Part shown: positions 1 through 45,700 of the stretch, piece after piece | Position numbering within the stretch: position 1 is the first letter of the stretch | Layout: every line of letters starts with the position of its first letter | Assembly (NCBI GenBank): GCA_002633005.1 | Contig: NMRA01000243.1 | Span: 197,150 to 261,149, forward strand | Reading direction: 5' to 3' | DNA length: 64,000 nt | Source of the DNA: Phoronis australis | Taxonomy: Eukaryota > Animalia > Phoronida | Translations under genes and position numbers: made by a program | The notes under the pieces: model-generated | The model's input: only the letters and a program-made list of their open reading frames with translations | Databases searched by the model: none | What the model was told of the DNA's origin: nothing

Positions 1-550
1 AATAACAACTGTCAGTTTTTATTAAGACATAGTGCCACACGGCCTTGAATTAACACTGGGGAGTAAAAGGCTTTTGAATGAGTGCCTGAATTTAATTATT
101 CATAAGCACGAGAAACACTAACAGGTATACTGGTGCTCGCCGGTACTAAAATGCTCCTCTGTCTCTCTGTGCGCTACCTGTTAGGAGATAGAACTGCCAA
201 CATTTCTAAGTTAAATTGCATCTACGAATTTTGTCTGTATGGTACACCGATTTCAAGGTTTATCGATCTCTTAGCATTTTGCATTTTGTTGGATTGGTAT
301 AACTTTGGGGCTCTTAAGAGCATTATGATTCTCAGTGCTAACTCCAGATAGACCTTTAGGAGAATAAGAAATGAGCTGAAGCCATGAGGTATTCTTATAA
401 TTTACCTTTCAGTGTTTGTCTTGCACTGTAGACAGAGTAAATTTCAACTGTCGGTGCAGCTCAAAGCGTAACGTTTAGTTCTCATTGAGATATTTCCATT
501 GTCGTCACCGTTTTTGTTTATACAATCCACGGTTACACTTTGCTTTGCAG

Positions 551-1138
551 GTTTTGTGCAATGGCCCTGGAACATGTATACCTCTCTGTGGTGCTGCTTT
601 CCTGATTAAGGTATTTTTTATTCAGTGCTTAAGGTGATGTAATGATAGATGACATTGCATCCATTCTACTGTCCACGCTGGCTTTAGTTGTCTCTGTGCA
701 ACCCCTACATTTCTCACCTGATTTAAAATGAATGATTTCAGTGCCATACCGCCAAGATTCAGCATTTTGTGATTTTTCTTGGTTTTCTTGAACTTATGAC
801 CATTTTTGTTTTCATGTATCCATGTAGGAAATTATTCTGTGCACAACTCCTACGTTCTCTGGTTTTGACCTTACTTTCAAAAAGGTAATGCTAGCAAAAT
901 GCGTATCGTCAGCATTATGTGATGTCGCTTTCTGCCCGTTGCAGTAAAAATTAATTTCATTTTGTAGGTGCTCGGATTCCACGACATAAAGATTGTGTAT
1001 GTTGAAAGCATATGTAGGGTCAAGTCACTGTCGCTTTCTGGCAAGATCTTGTACTGGTTTGCCGACCATGTACTAGTACAATGGCCACAACTGACCGACT
1101 GTTACCCATTGACAAAATATATTGGGAGAATCTCATGA
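551..1138 (+). CDS. ALG14: UDP-N-acetylglucosamine transferase subunit ALG14, last two coding exons (551-610, 968-1138); 5' exons lie upstream of the window
   Basis: Exon 551-610 (ttgcag|...|gtattt) encodes VLCNGPGTCIPLCGAAFLIK. Exon 968-1138 (ttgtag|) encodes VLGFHDIKIVYVESICRVKSLSLSGKILYWFADHVLVQWPQLTDCYPLTKYIGRIS*. NGPGTC, YVESICRV, SLSGKIL and VQWP are ALG14 C-terminal motifs, and the phase is consistent. Confidence 0.93.
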
Positions 1139-1852
1139 GTTTAGATATTGCTGGTGATACTTAATGTAATCTCAGAGAAATTTGCTCAGTTTTACTTATT
1201 AGCCAGTATCCGTTTTATACAAGGCGCATTATAAGTCATGACGAATTTGTCACTAGGTTGTGACAGCTTGCAAGCAGTTGGAAATACAGAACTGAGAAAA
1301 GAAAGTCTGCAATTTTGTGACAATTCTTAGCTTGCAATCGCATTGAATTTACAAAGGTTGAGAGCAGTGTTCAGTGGAGGTAGAATCATTACCATTTCCT
1401 TATAGTCTGCACATATGTAGCATAAGATTGTTGTCACACACTTTGTAATGGATTTTGACAAGGGTACATGACTGCATGCCAACACTGCTAATGATGTGGT
1501 GTAAAATATAAGTATAACTTGGTATACTAGCCATGATGCCATTTCTTACTTGTGTGTTGCCAAGAAGATATTAAGTTTCAATATATTACTGAAATATCAC
1601 AATTTATTTTCCTGTTCAAGTTTTCTATTTACACATTTTACATCATATCATACAAGTCTTAAAACATTTAGTTTAAATGGTTCAGATTTTTGTCTGTGAT
1701 GAAATTTAAGTGAATGAGAACTTAAAATGCTTAATAACTAAATGTAAAATAAACACAAAACTCTACATCTTCACATAGATGGAAGTTAGCATCATCCACA
1801 AGAAGCAGTGTTCCTGTTCCTCTTGCCCACTTCAATTCACTACTTAAACATT

Positions 1853-2113
1853 GGCCTGGGGTACGTTCCAAGAAAACTGACTTAGCAAAGACAAATCTCA
1901 AATTAAAGCCATTTTAAGATAAAACTCAAATTGTCTTAAGTCCGTTCCAAGAAAGTGATCTTAAGCTTGAATTAAGTTAACTTTTGGCATAAGTTTTATT
2001 TTAAGTTTGATTAACTTACTGGATTTGGAAGTTTCAAAATTTTGAATCTGAGACAAATCTAGACTTGCATCAAAAATGAACTTATGTCAGCTTCTTGGAA
2101 CGGGACCCAGGCC
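1853..2113. mobile_element. MITE of about 260 bp with imperfect ~28-bp TIRs (possibly PIF/Harbinger-like); related copy at about 44982-45200
   Basis: Left end GGCCTGGGGTACGTTCCAAGAAAACTGAC versus reverse complement of right end GGCCTGGGTCCCGTTCCAAGAAGCTGAC. The internal sequence (GACTTAGC.AAGACAAATCT, GAAGTTTCAAA, GAGACAAATCT) recurs at 44982-45200. Confidence 0.7.
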
Positions 2114-2290
2114 TCTTACATCTGATACCCTTATTTTGCATGCCACAAATGAGTACTTGTTGAAAGTAATTTAATTCGTTGGCGAGTTAGATAAAATCCC
2201 AACATCTCAATTCACTGTACTTTGCCCTCACTAGAAAAGTCTTTCAAGGAGAATCATGACTCGCATACCATCAGTTCCAAGTCCAAACTG

Positions 2291-33519
<31,229 letters not shown>

Positions 33520-33765
33520 ATTTCATTACTTCACATGTGTGTGTTACAGCGCCGCGTATAGTCTGGAAATGTGTTGTTGTGTTCACTTAATAATATTTAT
33601 TTTATTTAAGTTTGAAGTTGAAAATAACTATTAAATTCATAAAAACATTTATTTAATATTAAAAAGTAATAAATTTTGTACTATTTTGCAATAATTGTAT
33701 TAAATGTAAAAGTTATTTTGTTTGTTTGACACCTATTGATTGATTTCTGAACTACTTCAGTAAAC
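33520..33765. promoter_or_regulatory. Putative bidirectional promoter shared by MTREX (-) and TXNDC12 (+)
   Basis: Only 246 bp separate the two divergent start codons, with a very AT-rich core at about 33585-33725. Inferred from geometry; assumes no upstream non-coding exons. Confidence 0.65.
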
Positions 33766-36700
33766 ATGAATCGGTCTGCTCTTTACCTTTGTTCTTTATT
33801 TATTATAACGTGCTTTTTTCCCCCTGGATTATGTGAGTACAATGAATATGCGAGAGGTGAGTAATCTTTTAGTCATTTGTTGCCTAAAATTTATGTTTGA
33901 TTGTCCTTTAGTCATCTTGTTTTGGGTTGAGCGACGTACTAACATTAACAATAACTAACATTCTTCACAATATCAATGAGGCCGGCAATTACCGTGGCGT
34001 GGTCGTAGGCAACACTGATTCCCCCTATAGGCTGTCTGACTGCATCGGTTGTGGAAGCCACAGGCGGTAGCATATCCCCAAAACAAGCTATTGGTTACAA
34101 AATACAACAAGGATCGAATGAACCATGCATTATGCAGTAAGTTACAGGTCACTTGACACTGACAATGACATAGTCATAGTGTCTGACATACTAATGACGT
34201 TGTAGACTTTTTCGTACAACCTCTGGTTCTGTTACTAGGCACAAGTGCTAAGGTACAATTGCCTATTAAGCTGAGTGGTGAGAATGCTTGCCGGTTTTAT
34301 CAGGGTCGCTAGTTCAATTCAAGGGTCGTGTAATCTCGATAATTACTACACTGTTGACATAGTCGGCAAACGTATGATATACCCACAGGCGTCCTCAGCT
34401 TCTGATCGTCCCCAATACACTACATATTATACTACAAGGTATGACACTCCCGACTAGAAATTCCACGGGTGCTTTACTTCAGCCGTCCATAGCAAACATA
34501 AAAGTCAATAAATTTACACAAAACAGGGGTTCAACAAACCATGAAGAATTGTTCTTTCTCCCAATACCATTCACGGTGTCCAGTTACGGCGACTTCGTAA
34601 GAAATTCGCAGTCAAAGAACAAAAATGTTCACAAAAAGCCCCCACACACTTTCACCCTGGGCCCGTCGAGGTCAAGGACGGTACGGAAATTGCCGGTGAG
34701 TTACGGAAGTACTCAATAGTTTTTCTACTGGCGACTAAGGGAAGTTATCGATATCGTGACTTTACGTGACAAACCGGCAATTCCCGTACCGTCCTTGACC
34801 TCGACGGGCCCAGGGTGAAAGTGTGTGGGGGCTTTTTGTGAACATTGTTGTTCTTTGACTGCGAATTTCTTACGAAGTCGTTCACCTTCCTGCTGGCGCG
34901 CTTGTTCCGTAGGAAAGGGGGGAATGTTGTAGAGGTGCTTTCGGTGAATCATATGAGCCTCTGTTAGCCATTCACTAAGGGGCAATTACCAATTACCTGA
35001 ATGGTTAGCACGCTTGTCGGTTTTGCGGGGTCAATGTTTCGATTCCTCGATTGGATAATCTCAGCAATTACTACACCATGACTCTGGAGGCCATTTATAG
35101 TCAACATTATTTGAATTTTTCCAGGCTAGCAATTCCCTTGCTGGGTGCAGCATTTTGAGGAAGTCATGCAGAATCCCACTTTAAGTGCAGGAATAAAATG
35201 TCCAAGGGATACAAATCTTACAAGTTCTCCAAATATCCTTCCATGCTACTTTTTGCAAGTGTCAGCAACAAGATTGCTCGCTTCACTCAGCCTGTTGTTG
35301 TGGCCTAACTCACGTGACGTCATTTGAAACATTTTTGCTTAATCGCGAGCGGTGAAAAAATTAATGGCCGTTAAAAAGAGCAGGTGAAATCTTTGCCAAA
35401 GTCATCTTTTTATTTGCGTAGACAAGCTTAATCGAGGATATACATAGAACCAGAAAAGATCACTGAAGAAAGAAAGCACTTTTTGAAGTGATAATTTTAC
35501 GTGTCAAATGTAATGACGAGGTGAAAACTTCTTATTCAGGGACCGGATTTGGAATACTACCCATTTAAAATGCACAGGATGAAATTAGTACAGAGGCCAA
35601 TGGGGGATGTAGTTAGCCCATCGCCAGCCTGCCCAGGGACTGTGTGTTGCCTACCATGTAGGTCAACTGTCGTGATAGTTGGAAAATTAATTTCTAGAAA
35701 CCGTTCCAGAATATGATGTGCAGTTTGCATTAAGTCCAAGACAGGCTTGTATATTGCTATGTTATGAAACTGGAATACGATTTTGTTTTAGGATGGGGTG
35801 ATAAAATTGACTGGGTGAAAGATCTTGAAGAAGCAAAAAGAGTTGCAAGGATAAGGTAATAATTCCGAAGCTGGTATTTAAACTCGCGTACAACTTGCCT
35901 GTTTAGATTTCTTGTGACGTCTCAATTGCTTTGTGAGATTTGTCACTAATTTGAATGGCATCGTAATTAGTGACCTTCTTGTTGAAATCCAATGAAATTC
36001 TCACTTAAATTCTGGATGAGAATTTCCATTGTGGGCTCTGCTATTCACAATTCATAAGAGATGATAAACAATTATCTTCTCAGCCACGAGCATAAACCCT
36101 TTGTTAAGCTGTGCTTTGTTACTTGTACACAGTCCAACTGGGACAGTTGTCTGACAAAGAGCAGGGATCACAAAGACTGCTTGCTTTGACCTTACAAGTC
36201 AATTTCAAAAGGTCCATTGCATGTGAATGATGCCCATCATTTACATCCATCTGCAAATTCTAAGTCATTATTTGGACCAATTACTCCCTGCAAGCCCAAA
36301 ACACCTTGAAAGCTTTTTATTAGGGTTAGAATGCTTAAATACTTTTGGAAACAGTGCAGATCACATGATCATGCAGTCAAATGTGATCCTAAATCAAAAG
36401 AAATACAATATGTGTATAATTGCTCATTGGCTTAGAAATCTAGATGGTGAAAACTCTTAATTGTGCATATGGCAGGAGGCCGTCTGGCCTAGTGTGATTG
36501 GTGACCTTTCTTTATGTCTAGTACATCTTGTACAAGACCACCTGCAATCATTTTTTTACACGGCATTTTTTCATCTGTTTAGCACACAATGTGGCAGACA
36601 AGTGAAACTTCATTTTCTTGAATTTCTCAATAAAAATAAAGATTAAGAAAGTTTTAATCAGTTGTTAGCTTTTTTGTTCTGTGATAATATCATAAAGCAA

Positions 36701-39700
36701 CACTTGGTTTTATAGTTTCCAATATTTTTAGCAAGGTTATCATCCTTTAAAAACGTCAATTTTGTCATTGACAATTACTTTTGTATGAAATTACTGAAGA
36801 ATCATCATAATTGTATAATGACCCGTTGGTTTTGAATTTTTGCTGTTGCCAATGTGGGTTACACTGTTTTCATTCTTATAGGCATCATCCAGTTATGGTC
36901 ATTATACACAAGAAGTGGTGTGGAGCCTGCCAATGTAAGTGTTGAAGCTTGATTCACACAGTCACCTCATTGACTGTTATAATGGGGTTGTGATAAGAGG
37001 GTAATGCTATCTAAATGTTTATTTAACTAATGTTGGTGTTGTTCTGAGCCATGTTCGAATCTGCGCAATGTAGAAATATTCCTGCATTGCGCAGGACAAC
37101 GTAGAAATTTCTACATAACCGTAGCACAGCAAATGAGTAACTATTATGTTGAAATGAAACTTTTTTGTTTTGGCTTAAGCGGCAGAAAAGTGTTATTCTC
37201 GTTATATGTTTTGTTAAAAAAACTCAAATCTAGATCATACGAAGTGAAAGAGGATCTGAAGGAGAATGTTACCTTTTTGAATGCATTTTGGTCACTTTGG
37301 CATGATTTGCAAGCTTAAGATGTTTTGGGCCCTATTACTAGTTTTTATTAATGTGAGTGACATCCAGTCTTCTAAGTCTTTTTCCATGGCATCAATTATC
37401 AGTGTTGGTGAAAATGTTTCAAGTTAGGCGTGTTGACCTGGGGTCTACTTCATGAAAAGTGACTATGGATAGAAATTTGGTTGTGTATGCTATCACTTCA
37501 CCATAATGTTGTATACAAGTAACTATGAGCGCATCACGGTCTAGAAATAATTTATAGAAATTATATCAGTAACTAACTGCGATGCTATGTTCTAAGACAC
37601 GCATTCTTTGCTTGAGTGAAATTTTAATCATTTTCAGAGTCGCGTGGCGCGTCAGACCAAGTCTTAAGTCACTTGCATCATACAGGTCCCTGTAAAATCA
37701 CACACCCTAACCGAGTCCAGTTCGGGAAATGGGGAAAACTTACACAAAACAATTAACAGTGCTGATGTTATGTCACAAAAAACTTAGTGACTTGTAAACA
37801 ATGTGAGGGAAAACAAGGTAAACATGATAGTCGGATATAAATTGCCATTATTTTGAGAACCAGTTTTCTTTACTGAATAACGGGTATCAACTGGTTCTCA
37901 AAATGTTTGTACGTTAGAGCTGACTATTGCTGAAATTAATACTAGTCACTTGAGGCTGAGCTCACCTCAATTGAAAGTTCGGGTCCACTTCAACATACTT
38001 TTTGATACATGGTACGAGTATGACTTCATACCTTCACATAAAAGTAAAAGTTGAAAATGAACCTCAAAGTGCATCAAATGAATAACAAATCTTTTGCGCA
38101 AAAGCTTCTCAAGGATCACGCCATCCCAGCGCGGTGAAGTGAATCTCGCCACCTAAAACGCCTGGCCTGTGTTGCGCGTAAACTAATAAAATTGCGAGAA
38201 TGCAAGATTACGCAAGACTGAGGTATCTCTATTCATTACAATCAAAGCACATGATCACACTAGCTTTAGTCGTTGAATTCTTGCTTCTACGGAATGTAAC
38301 CCATGTCTCCGAGTTTTCAGTGACGTTTACGAGGAGGCTACCATCCCAGAATGCATTTGAAATACAACAGAAGTTCCATAAAATCTTGCGAATTACTGAG
38401 ACGTTTCTCTATTGCTGAAATATCTAACTTGTGCCTGCGGAATGTTTTCCATCAAACTGAATGTTTTTGATATCAGTTGCCACGTCATCACTGAGATCAG
38501 AAATCAATATTCTTTGGAATGTGTTGATTTTAGAGTATATCTCTTGTATGGGTAATCAATAATGAAAGTAAATCAATAGAATTCATGTGTTTCACTATGG
38601 AAGCCAAAAAGCTTAGTTTGACCACTATGGTAATTCCTCATCTATTTAACTCACAATACATGAAATTTCTTTTTGCTTTTGTCATATTTTCAACAATAAA
38701 ATATGATAATTATGGAAATCGTTTATTATAATCTCACTTAATTTCCTAAAGTGAGATTGAGCATAAGATTATTTCCATTATTTTACTGTAATCAGCCTTT
38801 GGAAAAAAGTTAAAATGACATTTTGACAAATACTTTTGTTTGAAATAAATGACAAATTACCAAGCTGTTCCTTTGCATCTGCTGCTACCAACGCAGTCTG
38901 TGGTCAAGTAAGTCTCAAATGGCTTCAAGTGCCTAAAAGTGAAGGTGCAATTAGTTGTCCTTTCTAGTCAATAGGTGTCAGTGTTAAAGTTATGATGGAT
39001 GAGTGGTAAAATTTGGATTACTTCGGAACATCCTATCTTAGAAGTGCGGCTTGTTCAGATGCAAACATAAAATATTTGCCCCCTACTGAGTTAAACTGTA
39101 TAATTCTGTTGGTATTTGGCTCAGCACAGACTCTTCAATACCTTAAGGTTGACTATAACTTTGGAACATCGTGTCTCAGAAATGGCTGTTTGGATTCATG
39201 TGAAACTTTCAGATACAATTCCTTAAGTTATGCACTGTTCTTCAAATGTAGTTAGAAATTGTTTTTAAAAGGTTCCATTTTGCACAAGGTGCTATCAAAA
39301 AAGGACTTCATATGATTTTTACAAAAAAAATCTTTCAAAAGTTGCATAAAATGAAAACGAAAAAAGAAAAAAATTGAGATTTCATTCTGAACATTCATCT
39401 GTCGTGGTCATGTTATTGATATGGCTGTTTTGCTATGAATAAGCTTTCAAATTATTTTGTGATAAATATTACTACAAGTATGTGTTCATGTGACCAAGTC
39501 AATGGCAAGCTGGTAAAAAGTAAAAAAATTGGGCTAAATACACCGACTGGTGCATAAGGTTCTAACAATAACTCTTGGTTGTAAACAGCTACACACAACC
39601 TCAGTGTGCTGTTCTGCTTGTCCATAAGGTTCTAACAATAACTCTTGGTTGTAAACAGCTACACACAACCTCAGTGTGCTGTTCTGCTTGTCCATAAGGT

Positions 39701-42700
39701 TCTAACAATAACTCTTGGTTGTAAACAGCTACACACAACCTCAGTGTGCTGTTCTGCTTGCCCATGAAGCCTGGGAAAACATGACAGTTATTTCCATTAG
39801 ATCAGGTTTATGGCTTTTTAAACATAACTGATGGACTAGTTGTAGGCATCAGTGAGAGAGTGGTTCAACTGTATGGTTGACATTGAAGACATATGTTTTA
39901 ATAAATGATGTGGTCATGATAAAATGTCTCCAATCTCGTACAAAAATTGTAGTCGTTCCCAAAATTAAGCTGTTCTTTTTCATTTGTGTCTTTGCCCACA
40001 ATTTATCAAACCATTGTTAAATGGTAGGTTTGATATAGGAATTAAAAATGATTAAATTTATTTGATGCAACATGTCTTTGATTGTTGCATCTCCAGTGAC
40101 TTGTGAAACTTTATCATTCCATCAGCAATTATTACATTATTTCCTATTATTGAGCCAGTTGTTGCATTGTGCAGGTGTTCATTTGTTCATGTTGTTTAGC
40201 ACCAAATACGTATGTGAAGTTAAGGTAAAGTTTCCTGAAATTCAAACAAAGTCAATTGCAAATTAGCCATTTTTCCAACATTCAAATCCTAGCTGCATTC
40301 ATTGCTAAAAATGCTCGAATTTCATTGTGTGTTTTTGTTGTTGACTGTTTTGCAGTACTATCTTTGAAAATAATAAAGTAAAGTTTTCTTCCTGTTTGCT
40401 TTTGTTGAAAATTTTGATAAAATAATTTTTCACTGTTCTGTCACGTCGTTTTCTAAATTGAAGAAACTTTATTTTTCATCTTTTGACATGATCAATGCTG
40501 ATTAACCACACTTTAATCTTTTATCCTGCTTTGTTTTGGTCAGCTTTAAAGTCCAAAATGTCAGAGTCTGAAGAGTTCGCTGAAGCCAGTAAAGATCTCA
40601 TTATGGTAAATCTCGAGGTGAGTCGATATTTAGTAACTGAATTTACTTTGCATTTTGTCAAGATTTGCACTGAGAACTTTATTATGGCCTAGTCTGGTGT
40701 CGTGGCAGAAGAACACGCCATGAGAGCTATTTCTCAACTCTGATTCTTTTTAATTGTTCATTGATTCACACATCTGAAATGAGGACCAACGCAATCAAGC
40801 AGGCAGCTGGAAAAATGAGCACCGGAAATGAAACGCAAAGTTTTGAGAAATACTACACACGACAATATCGCCGATGTCTGGCACCACACATATGTGTTTC
40901 GACATCAACACTACACTGTCTCCCAAAATTTTCACCAAATAAGGTCAGATCCGTGTGGGTAACCGAAGATTTTTAAAACGTGTATGATTTGCCAGCCTGT
41001 CAGTCAAGTTGCAAATAGTGAAATTTTCTCTTGCACTTTTAACATCTTTCAAACTTACTGTGTGATTGAATGGTGGCTGAGTCAAGATCAACATTTCTTT
41101 TATGGTAAGTAGGTATGTCGTGTTTGGGATCACTCGGTAACTGCAAATAGATTTTGAAGCCAATGAAAGCCTTCATTTTGCTTGTTATAGGATGACATGG
41201 AGCCTGAAGGTAGAGAATTTGCACCTGATGGCGCGTACATTCCCCGCATATTGTTTCTTGGTGAGTGTTTTTGCTTAATTAGAAGTTCTTCAAAATTGAA
41301 CATAAATTATGTTAGACCATGAATTACGAACATTATCGTTTTTAAAGGGCTTACAACATTTTTTAAAATGATCAGGATTTCACTGTTTATTGGTTTTTGA
41401 CATATGTAGTACATACAGTTGTTCTGCATGTATTTTACAAACAGCTATTTATATTCTTCCCGTTTATTCTTTATGAGAAATGTGATAGTAACATTTCCCT
41501 GTTCCACCTTATGGTGTTAAAAATTGATGAAGCTATGCTGTATTTGTGATTTATTAAACCTCATTTTAAACATGCTATAGCAGATATCTCCAGCACAGAT
41601 TCAGGGAGGGGTCCATGCAGTCCAAGCATTATCTGACCGTTCACAATTACATTTCTCAAATGGAAGAATTTCAAACACCTTCCTCCGCGGACTCCCATTG
41701 ACAAAATCCTGGATCTGCCCCTGTACTTTCTACATTTTCCATTCATGCGAAACATTTCAGCTAGCCAATCACAAAAAGTGTTTATTACTGAACAATAAAA
41801 AATAATTAATAATTCCTGGTGGTCTGGTACATGTACCAGACATGCGCAGGCCACTCTGGTAGACCCATTGCACTGATCACCTGAAACCAATTTAATTATG
41901 CTTTATTGGAATACAGTTACATCTCAGCAGAGGATTTAGTGATCTGACTCTAGGGTCCAGCAGTGTGCCCTAGTAGAGCTCGAACCCACAACCTTGAATA
42001 AAGAAAGTGAACATTTATCTCACTAGACCACACTTCCTCCTCTAAACTGAACAATAGGTGGCAGCCGAGTTCACTCACAAGCATCTGCTGCAATACGCGC
42101 TCTCTAAACATGCACAATATTGCTCTTGTGTTATTTCAGATCACACAGGGGAAGTGAGGCAAGAACTTTACAACAAACATGACAGTCAAGATTATAAGTA
42201 TTACTATTCACGCCCTGAACAAGGTGAGACTCACTGAATGTTTTAGAGTCGGCTGCTTCTCTTCTTATTGATGGTAATGAGTCCTACTGCATATTGATAA
42301 TGCAGTGCCTTAGTAATAAGACAATACTAAATGATGCAAATCCCTGGTGAAGGCAATATCACGTTTGCCGGGTTAGTTTGCCATAATTAACAAAAACACC
42401 GCCCAAAGACTAGGATACGCAAACAATGTGTTTCACTTTAGGCAGGACTGTCCTTTTTGAAGCTTTGTCCCGCATCCTGCCAAACCATCAAAATTTTACA
42501 TACTTTATACAAGAAATTCACACATTGTCAGTATTGAATTTGTGTTTTTCCATAAATGATGTACCCATTTTTTTCCCTTTCCATCTCACAGGCACGACTA
42601 AAAAAAATTTAATTTGAATTGATTCCTGTTTGGAAAAATGATCTAAGTATAGTACCCCCTGTGCATAAATTATGTTCATGGCACGCTTTCCTTGTTGACA

Positions 42701-45700
42701 TACTGAACTGTTAATCAAAGTAGACAGGCACTATGGTACTGACCAGGCAAACAGAGTTCCCTTTTGTCTCAGGCAGACAGTAATGGTACTGACCAGTCAA
42801 ACAGTGTGCCCTTCTGTCTTAGTATTATTGTTGTTTTACATTACATTAAAATTAAGACAATCATGTTTTTCCTCGGCCATAGTCTATGAGCAATTTTTGC
42901 CTATCTAATCATACTCTAAAAAAATAAAGATCTTTAAACTGCCAAAAGCATTGAAAATCAAAAAACCCGAAAACTACCGATCAAGATTTGCCGTGTAGAT
43001 GAGGTCGTCTAAAAAACTTGGCACATAAAGGCACTTTTAGGAAGAATTGCCAAGGATAATTACGGAAATCAGACAAGAAATTTGACTTTACAACCTAAAA
43101 CATTTGTATGATGTTGCCATATCATGTTCCTCTGAACTCTGCTGAGTGTGCAACATAATTGGGCCAATTACCAAACAGTCAAGCACCAGTTGGACTTTGA
43201 TGTAAGCCGAGTGTCATCGTACAGTTCCTGGAATGACGAGAGGTTGGAAGTTTAAAATGTTACTAAAACTTGATTTGATAAGTGAAACTAAAGCATATGG
43301 TTCTGTCACCCGCCAATACATCCTGAGCAATAGACCCTGAGCGATACACCCTGAGCAATAGACCCTGAGCGATGCACCCTGAGCAATAGACCCTGAGCAA
43401 TACACCCTGAGNCCTGAGCAATAGAACCTGAGCAATAGACCCTGAGCGATACACCCTGAGCAATAGACCCTGAGCAATAGACCCTGAGCGAAAGACCCTG
43501 AGCGATACACCCTGAGCCACAGAAGCTTTATTGAAATAAGATACTTCCCTATTGTGCGACTAAAGTGGATAGTTTGTTTTGAGGTGAATCTTAAGTAACT
43601 GGCTCTAACTGTTAGTCATGCTGCAGACTTTAATTGCATACCGTGAATGATACGCTTACAAGGAAGTCACACATTTCTAAAGATATGCGGGAATTTTCAC
43701 TGCTCGTCCTTCTGAGCGGCTTTTACAAGGATCAAAGGGAGCGCAGCGCCGGAGTCAGGTACAGTTGTGATGACCGCAGTACCCGATGCGAGCAAGACCC
43801 AATTAAGTGTAATTACCCGACCATAAACTGTACTAAACATCTCTGACTGACTTATAATGGCGAATTTTCAAATTGCATTAACCAGTAATTTTCGTTAAAA
43901 ACAGCACCACGGCGGTATTCAGCTGGAAAAAAGTAACGAAGTACGGTTTTCGATTTTTAAAAATTGATGAGCTAATAATCTAAAAACTACAACCATTGGG
44001 TACGATTGAACTTCAGATAAACTACCACGTGTATTGATATACTCGGTGGATACACAAACGCTGATCATAGTTAACAATATCATATGGATTCATTTTTAAT
44101 GTTCTTTCAATCGCGTTTAACCAGATTTTTTACCAGGAAACAGTTGTACTTAACTTGTGCCCACTTTTCATTTTTTATTACTGACAAATAGCTAGAATAG
44201 GTATATAGTCAGTGCCACCAAAATTGTCCAGAGATTCCAAATCTTCAGTTTGGTTATCACCATATTTGCAAACAAGTGGGCATTAAAAATTAAATAACGA
44301 AAACCAATATGAAACATATCATTCCTTTGGGAAGTGGCCCTTTGTGAAGATGAACACAAGGTGACCTTTTTAGTCATTTTGTAATATTTATAATGTACTA
44401 AATTAAAACTACTCTCCAGAGTTGCAGGCTGTAACTCTGCAAATGTCAGAGAAAACCAAATTGGGAATACTAACAACAACCATTGTTGAGACAGTCATGC
44501 TAGCTTCATTAGCTCAGATCTACATCAATACAAAGGTCGTAAAAGTTGTCTAGGGCTAAGGGAATCTGAGCAGAGACCAGCAAGAAATTCTGCACATGGT
44601 AAAGAAATTTCAAGCTTGTGTCAAACTTTTGAGAATTGACAATTATAATGGTGCACTACTTTATTTTAAAGAATTAATGAGCGTATTACGGTTACCTTTC
44701 ATAGGCCAAAATGGAGTTTAGTGTATCCCTTTAATCATTGATGAGTTTCCCACCAAATTATTCTAAAGAGGTGGCTCCAGGTCAGTCCAAGAACGAAATT
44801 TACGCCACTAAATTTAAGATTTTTAATAGAACAGCTAGCTGGTCTGTTTAACAGCAGTTAAGGCAATAAGAAACATAGGCCCACCAATCTAGCCTTATAC
44901 TTTATAGATGCAACTTGCAAACATTTCTTTATGCATTCATTTGATGATATTGTGCAAATCATATATAGCTTAGAGCCCAGAGGCCTGTTCCAAGAAAATT
45001 GACTTAGCTAAGACAAATCTTAAGTTTGCGTCAACATTAAAGTAAAACTTCACTTTGTCCATTCGAAGAAAGTGTTCTTAGGCTTGACTTAAGTTTTTGA
45101 TTTAATTAGCTTGGGCTTAAGTTTGACAAACTTAACGGATGTGAAAGTTTCAAAGTTTGGAAATCGAGACAAATCTTAGACTTAAAGTGGAACTTGCAGG
45201 CTAATTCCTTATCTCCTTGATTGCTTGGCCAAATTATTTAGAAACACAATAAATACTCAGTAGCGACGATTATGAAGTAGGTTAAAAATTGCCACGTTTC
45301 TAAGAACAAGTTTTGTGGCGAAAATGATCTGCCGCAAATCACTGAACCATGACCAGAAAGTATTGTGACATGGTGCTAGAGAATAACACTGCATGATGTG
45401 GGCTATGTGAGCCGTCAATGTACTGCATTAGTGCAAAGGTCACCTATTAGCAGAATTTTTTGTTTTCACATTTGCAAGTTGTCAATGAATACAACTATAT
45501 TTTGTTTAGCTAGATTATTTTAAAATAGCACATTGTGGTTTGGTTCGTGCTATACATTAGTGAAGTTAGAAGCATGCAAATACGGTACATAAAAAAGAAA
45601 TTAAGTCACTTTCTTGGAATGGGCGCCTCATGCTTTTACCACCTCACTGTTATTGTGAAGAGGGGCTACTCTTTTTTTCTTTCTCTTCTTTACACCTCAC

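Noticed and set aside
43214-43520. CRISPR-like array or repetitive ORFs
   Set aside because: These are contiguous 14-bp units without unique spacers, in a eukaryotic intron with no cas genes. The same applies to the other tandem arrays in the window.
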